64,000 nucleotides of DNA from Candidatus Velthaea sp. (GTDB lineage: Bacteria; Vulcanimicrobiota; Vulcanimicrobiia; Vulcanimicrobiales; Vulcanimicrobiaceae): the NCBI GenBank assembly GCA_965214935.1, contig CBDCCS010000011.1, positions 128,001 to 192,000 on the forward strand, written 5' to 3'. A program made the translations under genes and the position numbers. The first letter of the stretch is position 1, and each line of letters begins with the position of its first letter. Shown here one piece after another: positions 47,458 to 56,174 of the stretch. A model generated the notes under the pieces. It saw only the letters and a program-made list of their open reading frames with translations, had not been told where the DNA came from and did not search any database.

Positions 47458-49166
47458 TCGAGTGCCCGGCTCAACGCGGCGAGCACGGTACGCGCGGCGT
47501 CGTCGAATGCAACGTCGGTCGCTTTAAACAAGTCGGGCGTTCCTTCGAGCTTAGCGCGCAGAAAGATGCGGCTGATAATACCCGTTGCAAGCGCCGCGTA
47601 GGCGGTGAGCGCGACGCCGACCTGCGCGCGCCGGCTATTGTCGGCGAGCACGGCATCGTTTGCCCCCAGCCCGACGAAAAGTTGCGACGCGCGCATGAAC
47701 GCCGTGGCCCGATCGTTCGAGAGCATACGCTGCACGAATACGACTTCAGTGGGCCGGAACGCGCGAAATAATAAGAGTTGGCCCGGCGGCGGCGCAGCGA
47801 CCGAGCGCCGTTCGGAGTGCACCGGCAATGCCGGAGGAAACGCCGGCAACACGGCGCCGAGGCTTTCAGCCGACGGCGACTTGCCCAGCCGGGTGGCGAT
47901 CAACGCACGCGACAACAGCTGTTCCTGGTCCGCGACGAAATTTGCGATCGTCGCGTCAGCTCCGTCGCCGGGAAGCGGGTCGCGGGTTGCCAGCGCGTTA
48001 AGGACGAGATAGTGCGCGAGCATACCGAAACTCGGACCGCCGAAAAGTGCACCGAGCGTTGCTAGCCGTTTGCGGTCGAAACGAACGCACAGAATCGGCC
48101 CGCCCTGACCGGCAAACGCGATGCCTTCGTCGTGCGAGCGAACGACTTCGATGGTCGGCCGCGCCGGCACGGCCGGCGTGCGAGCAGCGCGTTTTGCCGC
48201 TGGTTTCGGCTCTGCTTTCGAGCCGCGCGGTCGCGGCGCAGTCTTTGCCTCGCTCGCGCGTTTGCCGGCCGATTTGGATTTGACCGTCGGCACCGATGCG
48301 ATCCCCGCGTCGGTAGCAACGGCGGAGGTAGCCGCGGCCGCGTCATGCGCTGCATCGGGCGCGCCCGGCGGCCGGATCGAGCGCGGCTGCTTGAGATTCG
48401 TGAGTGCCGGCGCCGGCGGCGTTGCCGAACCGAGCGGTGTTACTCGCGGGTGAGCGCGGCGCGACGCCGGTTTTGGCGCGTTCGGCGGTGCGGGCATTTC
48501 GGTCGGCTGTAACGCGGCGACCGACGCGAGCGGAAGCGGGTCGAGCGGCTCGACCCGATGTTCGTCGTCATCGCTTTCATAGAACGGACGCGGAACGGCC
48601 GCGATGCGTCCGACCGGCGCTCGCAGCAGCCGCATTGCACGTAAACCCAATACCGCTGCCGCCGGCGCCGCCAGATGCGGCGTTAAGGTGATGTCCGCGA
48701 TGCCCGCCTCGATTGCAAGTTTCAAGCTCACGGTGCGGCGCGTGCCCGGTTCGATCGGAGCAAATTCCGCGCCGTCGGCAAGCAGCTCGGCCGCACTGTC
48801 ATCGGACCCGGCGACGCCGTCGACGCTCAAGCTGCCGGGACGATAGAGCGTCGCCAGCGGCAGCGGTAGGCTGAGCCGGACGCCTTTGGATCGGACGTCG
48901 CCGTCGTTTGTAATCGAGACGGAGACCGTCACGAGCGCGCCCGGAATCAAGCCGCTCCGCGGCTGCGCGTTGACGGCAGCGATGAGGATCGTCCCGCTCG
49001 CAACGTAGGGATCGACGTCATCGGGCTGCGCGCCGTCGCTCGAATCCGGATCGGTATACGAGGTCGTGCCGATGACGTGTCGCGGCACGCCGAGCGCTTC
49101 GCGCTGCAATTCGAGCAGGCGCATATCGGCATTGCGGTCGTAGCGTTCGTCGTTCACGGTAGCCAC
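47454..49166 (-). CDS. Hypothetical protein: DUF11/Ig-like N-domain, Pro/Ala/Lys-rich linker, helical C-domain
   Basis: PG..VT..V.ITNDG....GV....PLP...Y.PGSL.VDG, followed by a low-complexity linker. Confidence 0.6.
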   Translation of the reverse strand: MATVNDERYDRNADMRLLELQREALGVPRHVIGTTSYTDPDSSDGAQPDDVDPYVASGTILIAAVNAQPRSGLIPGALVTVSVSITNDGDVRSKGVRLSLPLPLATLYRPGSLSVDGVAGSDDSAAELLADGAEFAPIEPGTRRTVSLKLAIEAGIADITLTPHLAAPAAAVLGLRAMRLLRAPVGRIAAVPRPFYESDDDEHRVEPLDPLPLASVAALQPTEMPAPPNAPKPASRRAHPRVTPLGSATPPAPALTNLKQPRSIRPPGAPDAAHDAAAATSAVATDAGIASVPTVKSKSAGKRASEAKTAPRPRGSKAEPKPAAKRAARTPAVPARPTIEVVRSHDEGIAFAGQGGPILCVRFDRKRLATLGALFGGPSFGMLAHYLVLNALATRDPLPGDGADATIANFVADQEQLLSRALIATRLGKSPSAESLGAVLPAFPPALPVHSERRSVAAPPPGQLLLFRAFRPTEVVFVQRMLSNDRATAFMRASQLFVGLGANDAVLADNSRRAQVGVALTAYAALATGIISRIFLRAKLEGTPDLFKATDVAFDDAARTVLAALSRALE

Positions 49167-50095
49167 GCCAGAAAACGTGCGAAAAACGTTTGCTGCGCCG
49201 GTCGCACATCGACGAGGACATCGCCTGAAACGGAGTGCACGGCGCCGCCCAACCGGATGCCGGTCTTCATGCCGCGCGCGCGCAGCGCTGCAACGACATG
49301 GTCCATGCGCACCATCTCGGCGCCGCGATCGGCGGCCTCGATCATCGCGCTACGTACGACGTTCGTCAAGCGTCGAGGCAAACCGCCGCCCGCACCAATC
49401 GCGCGTTCGAGCGCGTCGGAAGAAAAGACTTCGACCATCGGCATCTTTCCCGCTCGCATCAAGCGATGTTCGATGAGCGCGGCACTCGCCGGACCGTCGA
49501 GCGGTTCGAGTCGCACGTACGTGTCGACCCGATCGTTAAAATTTTCGCGTGCTTCGATAAGCTCGGCGAGTTCGTCTTGGCCGAACAGGATGAGGTTGAG
49601 CAGCTTCTTCTGCGGAATTTGGAAATTCAGCAGCAGGCGCAGCGTTTCTAAGCCGTCGACGGAGATGTTTTGCGCCTCGTCGATGAGCAGAACGAGGGTA
49701 CGCTTTTCGACGACGACGGCATCGAAGAAGAAGTTCTTGAGTGCGTTCTTGAGTACCGAACTCGAGCGCGATTTAAGGCTCAAGCCGAAGATGCGTCCGA
49801 TCGCAAGCAAAAATTCAACGTCGTTGCCGAACGTCGGGTCGAGAATTTTACCGATGATGACGTTTTCGTCGGCGAGCAGCACTTGCTCGATGCTCGATGA
49901 TAACGACGTTTTGCCGGCACCCGGCGGCCCGATGACGACGGTCAGACCGCGCGATTCTTCAACTCCGGTCAACACTCGTCGCAGGTTGCGCCGAACGGCC
50001 GGCAATTCAAGAAAAAATTGCGGATCGGATGTATCCAAAAATGGATCGCGCTGCAAACCAAAATGTTGATAGTACCGTAGCATCTCATCGTGCAT
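49154..50095 (-). CDS. ExeA/GspA-like AAA ATPase
   Basis: Y.HFGL.RDPF...DP.FF, Walker A GPPGAGKTS, LLIDEAQN, LE.LRLL.N, L.GQ.EL, GG.PR. Confidence 0.88.
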   Translation of the reverse strand: MHDEMLRYYQHFGLQRDPFLDTSDPQFFLELPAVRRNLRRVLTGVEESRGLTVVIGPPGAGKTSLSSSIEQVLLADENVIIGKILDPTFGNDVEFLLAIGRIFGLSLKSRSSSVLKNALKNFFFDAVVVEKRTLVLLIDEAQNISVDGLETLRLLLNFQIPQKKLLNLILFGQDELAELIEARENFNDRVDTYVRLEPLDGPASAALIEHRLMRAGKMPMVEVFSSDALERAIGAGGGLPRRLTNVVRSAMIEAADRGAEMVRMDHVVAALRARGMKTGIRLGGAVHSVSGDVLVDVRPAQQTFFARFLAWLP

Positions 50096-50372
50096 TCCAT
50101 GCAGATGGTCGAAGTCTTAGCTCGACAACGAATCGTGCAGAAACATAACTAAGCGACGGCTGCGCTGCGCGTGCAATCGAATTGTAAGCATTGAGAAAGA
50201 TCAACGCTAAGAAAAAAATTAGCTGGAACGCAGCGCGTTACGAAGTGCGTGCATGTGGGGAAACGCACGACGGTAATTCGCCCGGCGCGACGGATCGGCG
50301 CCGGCGCTTGCGTCGATTTCCGTTATTGTTTGCCGGATCGAACGGCTTGAGTGCCGCAGCGGGTTAAGCAGC

Positions 50373-50400
50373 TAACGCCCGGTGACTGCGCGTCCGAATC
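50373..50400 (+). promoter_or_regulatory. Possible sigma28-like promoter of the TPR/ATP-grasp operon
   Basis: (C)TAAC-N16-TCCGAATC fits the CTAA...CCGA pattern of this window's flagellar promoters. Confidence 0.35.
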
Positions 50401-50446
50401 ACAAGCATGAACGGCGGCGCGGCCGCAGCGGAGCGAAGAGAGCTTG

Positions 50447-51865
50447 ATGCGCAGCACGGATAGTCACCGACATCGCAGGACCGCCGTTCGGACGGCGGTT
50501 GCGCCGGACGCGAACGCTTTGACCGATAGCGCCGTACGGTTGCGTGCCGCTCGCAAGTTCGTTGAAGCCGGCGAGATGTTTGCCGAAATCGCGACGCTCG
50601 TGCCGTATGAATACATCGCACAGTACAACAGCGGCGCGGCTTGGCTCGAGGCCGACCGCAGCACTGACGCCGCGCGTGCATTCGAACGCGCGATCGCACT
50701 CAAGCCATCGGCTAATGTCTACACGGTCTATGCACACGCCCTCGCGTTGTGCGGTAACATCGGCGCGGCCCGCCGCGCCTACGAACGTGCGTTGACGTTC
50801 GCACCCCACGACTTCGATGCGAACTGGGGTTTGTTCGAGGTCAATCAGCTGCTCGACGATCAGGTTGCGGCGCTCAACCATCAACGCATTGCGTTACAAC
50901 AACGTTCGCTGCTCTCATTCGAAGCGCGAGTCGTGCCGGCGCGTTTCACGATTCTCGAACTATGCATCGCCGGTTCGTTTCAAGCAAACATACCGCTCGA
51001 CTTCATCTTGAATCGCGATAGCATTACGGTGCATAAGCTGTATCTCGGGCACGACGCGCTGCCGGCGTTGCCGCCGTACGACATCGTTTTCAACACCATC
51101 GCCGATGCGCCGAACGCCGGCCGGGCGCTGGCCGCCGCTGAACTTTTCATCGCCGGGCAAGACCGCCCGTCGCTCAACGCACCCTCGCTGGTTCCGGCGA
51201 CGGCTCGCGACTGCATCGCCGAACGTTTTGCGCACTCGGCATCCGTAGCCGTCGCACGAACGGTGCCGGTGACACGCAGCGCCGTGCCGTCCATTTCGTT
51301 CGCTACTCCGTTTCTCATTCGGCCGCTCGACTCACATGCCGGCAGAGATCTTGCCAAAATCGACACTAACTTCGAGTTGCAGCAGTATCTCGCGCAAACA
51401 CCCGACGTGCACGAATTTTTCGTATCGCAATTCATCGATTACCGCGACGCCGACGGTTTTTACCGAAAGTATCGGATCGTATTCGTCGACGGAGTTGCGT
51501 ATCCGGTGCACATGGCCGTCTCGCCGCGCTGGATGATTCACTATTACAACGCACCGATGGCCGAGAACGCCTGGATGCGTGCCGAGGAATGCGCGTTCAT
51601 GACGGATATCAACACCCGCTTCACCGGCGTTTTAGCCGAGGCGTTACAAGAAATCGCCGCAGCGATTCGGCTGGATTATTTCGGCATCGATTGCGCGATT
51701 GCACCCGACGGACGTCTGCTGCTATTCGAGGCGTCGACTGCCAATATCGTTCACCTGCGGGATCCGGTCGACGTCTATCCCTACAAGGCGCAGTTCGTGC
51801 CGCGCATCGTCGCTGCGCTCGAGCGTATGATCGAAACGCGCGTACGACGCGGTCTTGCCCGGTAG
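50447..51865 (+). CDS. TPR + ATP-grasp-like (RimK/GshB-like) protein
   Basis: N-terminal TPRs, then PFLIRPLDSHAG.DL, FVSQFID, RKYRIVFVDG, LDYFGIDCA...DG.LLLFEA. Confidence 0.75.
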   Translation: MRSTDSHRHRRTAVRTAVAPDANALTDSAVRLRAARKFVEAGEMFAEIATLVPYEYIAQYNSGAAWLEADRSTDAARAFERAIALKPSANVYTVYAHALALCGNIGAARRAYERALTFAPHDFDANWGLFEVNQLLDDQVAALNHQRIALQQRSLLSFEARVVPARFTILELCIAGSFQANIPLDFILNRDSITVHKLYLGHDALPALPPYDIVFNTIADAPNAGRALAAAELFIAGQDRPSLNAPSLVPATARDCIAERFAHSASVAVARTVPVTRSAVPSISFATPFLIRPLDSHAGRDLAKIDTNFELQQYLAQTPDVHEFFVSQFIDYRDADGFYRKYRIVFVDGVAYPVHMAVSPRWMIHYYNAPMAENAWMRAEECAFMTDINTRFTGVLAEALQEIAAAIRLDYFGIDCAIAPDGRLLLFEASTANIVHLRDPVDVYPYKAQFVPRIVAALERMIETRVRRGLAR

Positions 51866-53316
51866 TGCTCGACCCCGCGAACACGGCGGCATTTCGTGCC
51901 CTCGCGCACCGCATGCTCGATGATTCGCTCGACGAACTAACGGCACTCGGCGCGGGCCCGGTTTGGCAGCCGATACCCGAGGGCGTAAAAGCCGCGTTGC
52001 TGACGAACGTGCCGCGCGCACCATCGGCTCTGCCCGACGTGTACGCCGAATACCGGTCGGCGATCGCGCCTTTCGATAACGGCAATCGCCACCCGCGATT
52101 TTTCGGTTGGGTTCACGGCAACGGCACGCCATCGGGCGTGCTCGCGGAACTCCTGGCGGCGACGCTCAATGCAAACGCCGGCGGACGCGAACATAGCGCC
52201 GTGTATGTCGAGCGCGCGATCGTCCGCTGGAGTGCCGAAATCTTCGGCTTTCCGCCCGACGCCGGCGGCATTCTCACGAGCGGCACGTCGCTGGCGAATC
52301 TCATCGCCGTTCTCGTTGCGCGCCGGCAGTATGCCGGCGAGACGGTGCGTAGCGACGGTTTGCAAGGTCGACGGCTCACTGCGTACGCCTCGGCCGGCGT
52401 CCACCGCAGCTTACCGGCGGCGTTCGATTATGCCGGTCTGGGCAGTACCGCGTTGCGCCGGGTCGCAATCGATGCCGATCAGCGCATCGACGTGCAGGCG
52501 CTTCGGGCCGAAGTTGCCGCAGATCGCGCGACCCGTTGCGAGCCGTTCATGGTCGTGGCAACTGCAGGCAGCGTTGATACCGGCGCGATCGACGATCTAT
52601 CTGCGCTGGCCGACTTCTGTGAAGCCGAACGTCTGTGGCTGCACGTCGACGGCGCGTTCGGCGGCCTTGCCGTGTTGAGTCCGGAGCATCGGGCGCTGCT
52701 CGCCGGCATCGAACGGGCGGACTCAATCGCGTTCGACTTTCACAAATGGTTGCATGTGCCGTACGATGCCGGCTGCGTCATCGTGCGTGACGGCGCATTG
52801 CACCGCTCGGCGTTCGAGCGTCCGGCAGCGTACCTTACACCGGCACCGGCCGGCATCGCCGCGGGCGAGCCGTGGTTTGCCGATTTCGGGCCGGAATTAT
52901 CCCGGCGCTTTCGCGCTCTGGCGATTTGGTTTGCATTCAAAGAACACGGCAGCGAACGTCTGGGTGCGGCCATCGGTGAGAACTGCCGTCAAGCCGCGCG
53001 CTTCGCTGCCCGCGTTGCCAATACGGCCGAACTGCGGCTGGTCGCGCCCGTCGCACTCAACATCGTCTGTTTTCGCTACGATGACGGCGTTTCGAGCCCG
53101 GCGGAAATCGACGGCCTCAATGCCGCCGTTGCAATCGATTTGCAAATACAGGGAACCGTCGTTCTTTCGACCACGCTGGTTGCCGGCCGGCCGGCGTTGC
53201 GTTTGAATCTTACCAACCACCGCACGACCGATGCCGATTTGCAATTAACGCTAAGCGCCGTCGTCGCGTGCGGCGCGAAGTACCTGCGGGGGCGAGCAGA
53301 GCTCCAGCGTGCCTGA
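51865..53316 (+). CDS. Group II PLP-dependent decarboxylase
   Basis: HPRFFGWV, G.LTSG.S.AN, ATAGSVDTGAIDD, WLHVDGAFG, DSIAFDFHKW. GTG at 51865 overlaps the upstream TAG. Confidence 0.92.
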   Translation: MLDPANTAAFRALAHRMLDDSLDELTALGAGPVWQPIPEGVKAALLTNVPRAPSALPDVYAEYRSAIAPFDNGNRHPRFFGWVHGNGTPSGVLAELLAATLNANAGGREHSAVYVERAIVRWSAEIFGFPPDAGGILTSGTSLANLIAVLVARRQYAGETVRSDGLQGRRLTAYASAGVHRSLPAAFDYAGLGSTALRRVAIDADQRIDVQALRAEVAADRATRCEPFMVVATAGSVDTGAIDDLSALADFCEAERLWLHVDGAFGGLAVLSPEHRALLAGIERADSIAFDFHKWLHVPYDAGCVIVRDGALHRSAFERPAAYLTPAPAGIAAGEPWFADFGPELSRRFRALAIWFAFKEHGSERLGAAIGENCRQAARFAARVANTAELRLVAPVALNIVCFRYDDGVSSPAEIDGLNAAVAIDLQIQGTVVLSTTLVAGRPALRLNLTNHRTTDADLQLTLSAVVACGAKYLRGRAELQRA

Positions 53317-54574
53317 TTATCTGCTGGTCTGCACGCTGTGTGCTGCGACCGTCGCCGACGACGGAGCGCGGCTGGCGTGTCCGAACGACCATGCTCCGGC
53401 GCTCTTGCGTTCGGTCTATCGGGCGACCGCGTTCGAACCGGCCGGTTCGCAATCGATCCTGCGTTACGAACGCTGGCTGCCGGGCGTGCGGCGCATCGAA
53501 ACCGGCGCGCGAACCGCCGTTTATCGCAGCACGGCACTTGGAGCACACCTTGGCTTGCGCCGTCTGTGGATCGCGTTTAGCGGCTGGTGGCCCGAACGCA
53601 GTGCCACGCTGCCGACCGGCACCTTCAAGGATCTTGAAGCCGTCGCGGTGCTGCGCCGGCGCAGCCGCAGCGAAACGCGAACGCTCGTGATTGCTTCAGC
53701 GGGTAACACGGCGCTGGCATTCGCACGAGCGTGCACCGATAACGCGATCCCCGCGCTCATCGTCGTACCGCTACGGGCGTGGGATGAGACGCTGCGGACT
53801 GCCGCGCGCGGCGCTTGCGTGCAGGTCGTCGCTATTGCCGGCGCGAGCTACGACGATGCGATCGCATTTGCTCGTGAATTGTGCGCCGGCGACGATTTCG
53901 TGCTCGAAGGCGGAGTGCGCAACATTGCCCGGCGCGACGGCATGGGAACGGCGCTCTTGGCCGCAGTGGAAGCGATCGGCGAACTGCCGGATTTCTATTT
54001 CCAAGCCGTCGGCAGTGCCGCCGGCGCACTTGCCGCACATGAGGCCGGTTTGCGAATCATTGCCGACGGCCGGTACGGCACGCAACTGCCGCGCTTGATG
54101 CTCAGCCAAAATCAGCCGTTCACCCCGATACACGACGCATGGCAAGCGGGTAGCCCGCAACTCATCGCGCGATCCGAAACGCTCGCGCGGCAGCAGGCTG
54201 CCGCAATCGGAGCCTTCGTTTTGTCGAACGCCGCGCCGCCGTATGGCATAGCCGGCGGAATCTTCGAGGCGCTTAGCAGCTCGAACGGTCTCACGTTTGC
54301 AATCGACAACGCCGAAATGGGCAATGCACTGTCGCTCTTCTCGGAGCTCGAAGGGATCGCGGTCGAACCGGCGGCCGGAGTAGCGATTGCTTCACTCGTG
54401 CGCGCCGTCGCCCGCGGTGACGTGCGGAGCGACGATTGCATCGTCGTGCATGTGACGGGCGGCGGACGGCAGTTACTACGCGCACCCGCGACGCCGTCCG
54501 AACCGACGCTCGTCGTCGAGCGGCGCGAGCTTGCAACGACCGCTCTCCACCGAACGCGGTCGATCGTCGTTTAG
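53309..54574 (+). CDS. Cysteate synthase (threonine synthase-like, PLP fold II)
   Basis: N-terminal CxxC..C..H, LWIAFSGWWPER.A..PTGTFKDLEA, ASAGNTA.AFA, EGG.RN.ARRDGMGT, YFQAVGS, LSQN.PFTPI, VLSN..PPY.I.GG. Confidence 0.85.
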   Translation: MPDYLLVCTLCAATVADDGARLACPNDHAPALLRSVYRATAFEPAGSQSILRYERWLPGVRRIETGARTAVYRSTALGAHLGLRRLWIAFSGWWPERSATLPTGTFKDLEAVAVLRRRSRSETRTLVIASAGNTALAFARACTDNAIPALIVVPLRAWDETLRTAARGACVQVVAIAGASYDDAIAFARELCAGDDFVLEGGVRNIARRDGMGTALLAAVEAIGELPDFYFQAVGSAAGALAAHEAGLRIIADGRYGTQLPRLMLSQNQPFTPIHDAWQAGSPQLIARSETLARQQAAAIGAFVLSNAAPPYGIAGGIFEALSSSNGLTFAIDNAEMGNALSLFSELEGIAVEPAAGVAIASLVRAVARGDVRSDDCIVVHVTGGGRQLLRAPATPSEPTLVVERRELATTALHRTRSIVV

Positions 54575-55158
54575 GCCGGCAGTGCATCGTAGAAGCTCTC
54601 GACCTGCCGGCAGATCTCGCGCTCGCGATCGAAAACCAGACACCGCTCGAGCGGTTCGGCATACACGTGCAACGTCACAGCCGGCTCGTCCAGCGACGTG
54701 AATCGATGAATGTCCCGCCGTTGCGTGCGAATGTCCAAGTCGCCCGGCTTGAGGGTGTGCGCGGCGATGTGGCGGAGCGCTGCAGCGCCGGCCGTTTCTC
54801 CACCCGAGCGCAGCACGTACTCGTCGTTCACCAGCGTTCCACGGTACACGTGCACGAAACAGCGCGAATCGCCGTGCGCGTGGATCGGCGAGCGCATTTG
54901 CGCCGGCCAGCAAAGCGCGAGAATCTCAAAGCCCGTATGGCCGTAAAGGCGTATGCGCGTGTAGCGGCCCGGAACGAAATGGAGATACGGTGCAAGTGCG
55001 GCGTCATCGATCCGGTTCGCAAGCAGAATTTCTGCGATCCGGTCCGCTTTAACGGACCGGAAGTCCACCCGTTCGAACGCGGCGATCATCCGTTCGAGGG
55101 CAACCGGACGCACCGCTGCGCGAAGTTCCGCGCGTTGCGACAACACTGCACTTTCCAT
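54571..55158 (-). CDS. Cysteine dioxygenase (Arg-type, Cys93-containing)
   Basis: YTR, LCW, SPIHAHGDSRCF, IHR, TLHVY. Confidence 0.85.
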   Translation of the reverse strand: MESAVLSQRAELRAAVRPVALERMIAAFERVDFRSVKADRIAEILLANRIDDAALAPYLHFVPGRYTRIRLYGHTGFEILALCWPAQMRSPIHAHGDSRCFVHVYRGTLVNDEYVLRSGGETAGAAALRHIAAHTLKPGDLDIRTQRRDIHRFTSLDEPAVTLHVYAEPLERCLVFDREREICRQVESFYDALPA

Positions 55159-55235
55159 ACCGATATACTTGTCGGTCAGCGGTCAACAAAGAGCCAACTT
55201 GCGTTGCTGCCGGTCGCTCGGCGTGACATGCGGCC

Positions 55236-56174
55236 GTGAGACCGCCGGGTGAGCGCGGCGAATGGCTGCATTGGCTGGGCGCCGGCCGTCACGGCTCCGA
55301 TGATGAGTATGCACGAGCGCTGCAGCCAATGCTGCACGACATTCGCGACCGCGTGATCGCCAACGCCGAAATCAGCGGCGCTGCGCGCGTCGCCGACGTC
55401 GGCTGCGGCGACGGTCTCGTCGGCTTGCGCATACTCGAAACACATCCCGAAGCCGGCGTTACGTTTATCGATGTCTCGCCCGAACTCATCGATCGTACAC
55501 GCGACATCGCACGCCGGCGCGGCATGCTCGAGCGCTGCCGCTTTGTCGTCAGTTCGGCCGAAACACTGCCGGCCGTTGCAACGGCATCCGTCGACGTCGT
55601 GACCATCCGTGCCGTACTACCGTATCTGGCCGACAAACGCGCGGCGTTGGCGGAATGTTATCGCATTCTGCGGCCGGGCGGACGGCTGAGTCTTGCCGAT
55701 CCGATCTTCGCCGATCAGGCCTACGTCTTAGCCGGTATCGCCGGCCAACTAAGATCCGGCACGATCGGCGCGGCGCATACATATTTTGAATTCCTTCATC
55801 GTTGCCGGTCGGCGCATTTACCCGATACCATCGAAGGCATTCGCACGAACCCGTTGACCGCTTACTCGGAACGCGATCTGGTGAATCTTAGCGAAGCCGT
55901 CGGATTCACGAACGTCCACTTGCGTTTACACATCGATGTCGAGCCGGCGGTACCGGTGGCCTGGAACGTGTATCTTCAGACCTCGCCGCGCGCGGGCGTT
56001 CCGCCCTACGGCGAACTCCTCGCAACGCTTTTCAGCGCCGCCGAGCGGCTCGACTTCGAGCGGCTGTTTCGGCCTGCCGTTGAGGCCGGAACGCATACTG
56101 AACGAAACACGAACGCATACGTCTTTGCCGTTAAACCGCCTCCGAGCGGGTCGCCGTCAGTGCGGCAGCTTTAA
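55236..56174 (+). CDS. Class I SAM-dependent methyltransferase
   Basis: VADVGCGDGLVG, FIDVS, SVDVV..RAVL.Y..DK, E.YRILRPGGRLS. Confidence 0.88.
   Translation: MRPPGERGEWLHWLGAGRHGSDDEYARALQPMLHDIRDRVIANAEISGAARVADVGCGDGLVGLRILETHPEAGVTFIDVSPELIDRTRDIARRRGMLERCRFVVSSAETLPAVATASVDVVTIRAVLPYLADKRAALAECYRILRPGGRLSLADPIFADQAYVLAGIAGQLRSGTIGAAHTYFEFLHRCRSAHLPDTIEGIRTNPLTAYSERDLVNLSEAVGFTNVHLRLHIDVEPAVPVAWNVYLQTSPRAGVPPYGELLATLFSAAERLDFERLFRPAVEAGTHTERNTNAYVFAVKPPPSGSPSVRQL

Noticed and set aside
50096..50372. AT-rich spacer with an imperfect palindrome (TGCAAT-CGA-ATTGTA) as an operator
   Set aside because: A single weak instance with no regulator nearby; ordinary divergent promoter DNA explains it.
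53309..54574. Threonine synthase thrC
   Set aside because: The WWPER.A, EGG..N.ARRDGMGT and LSQN.PF motifs fit the cysteate synthase subfamily, and no thrA/thrB is nearby.
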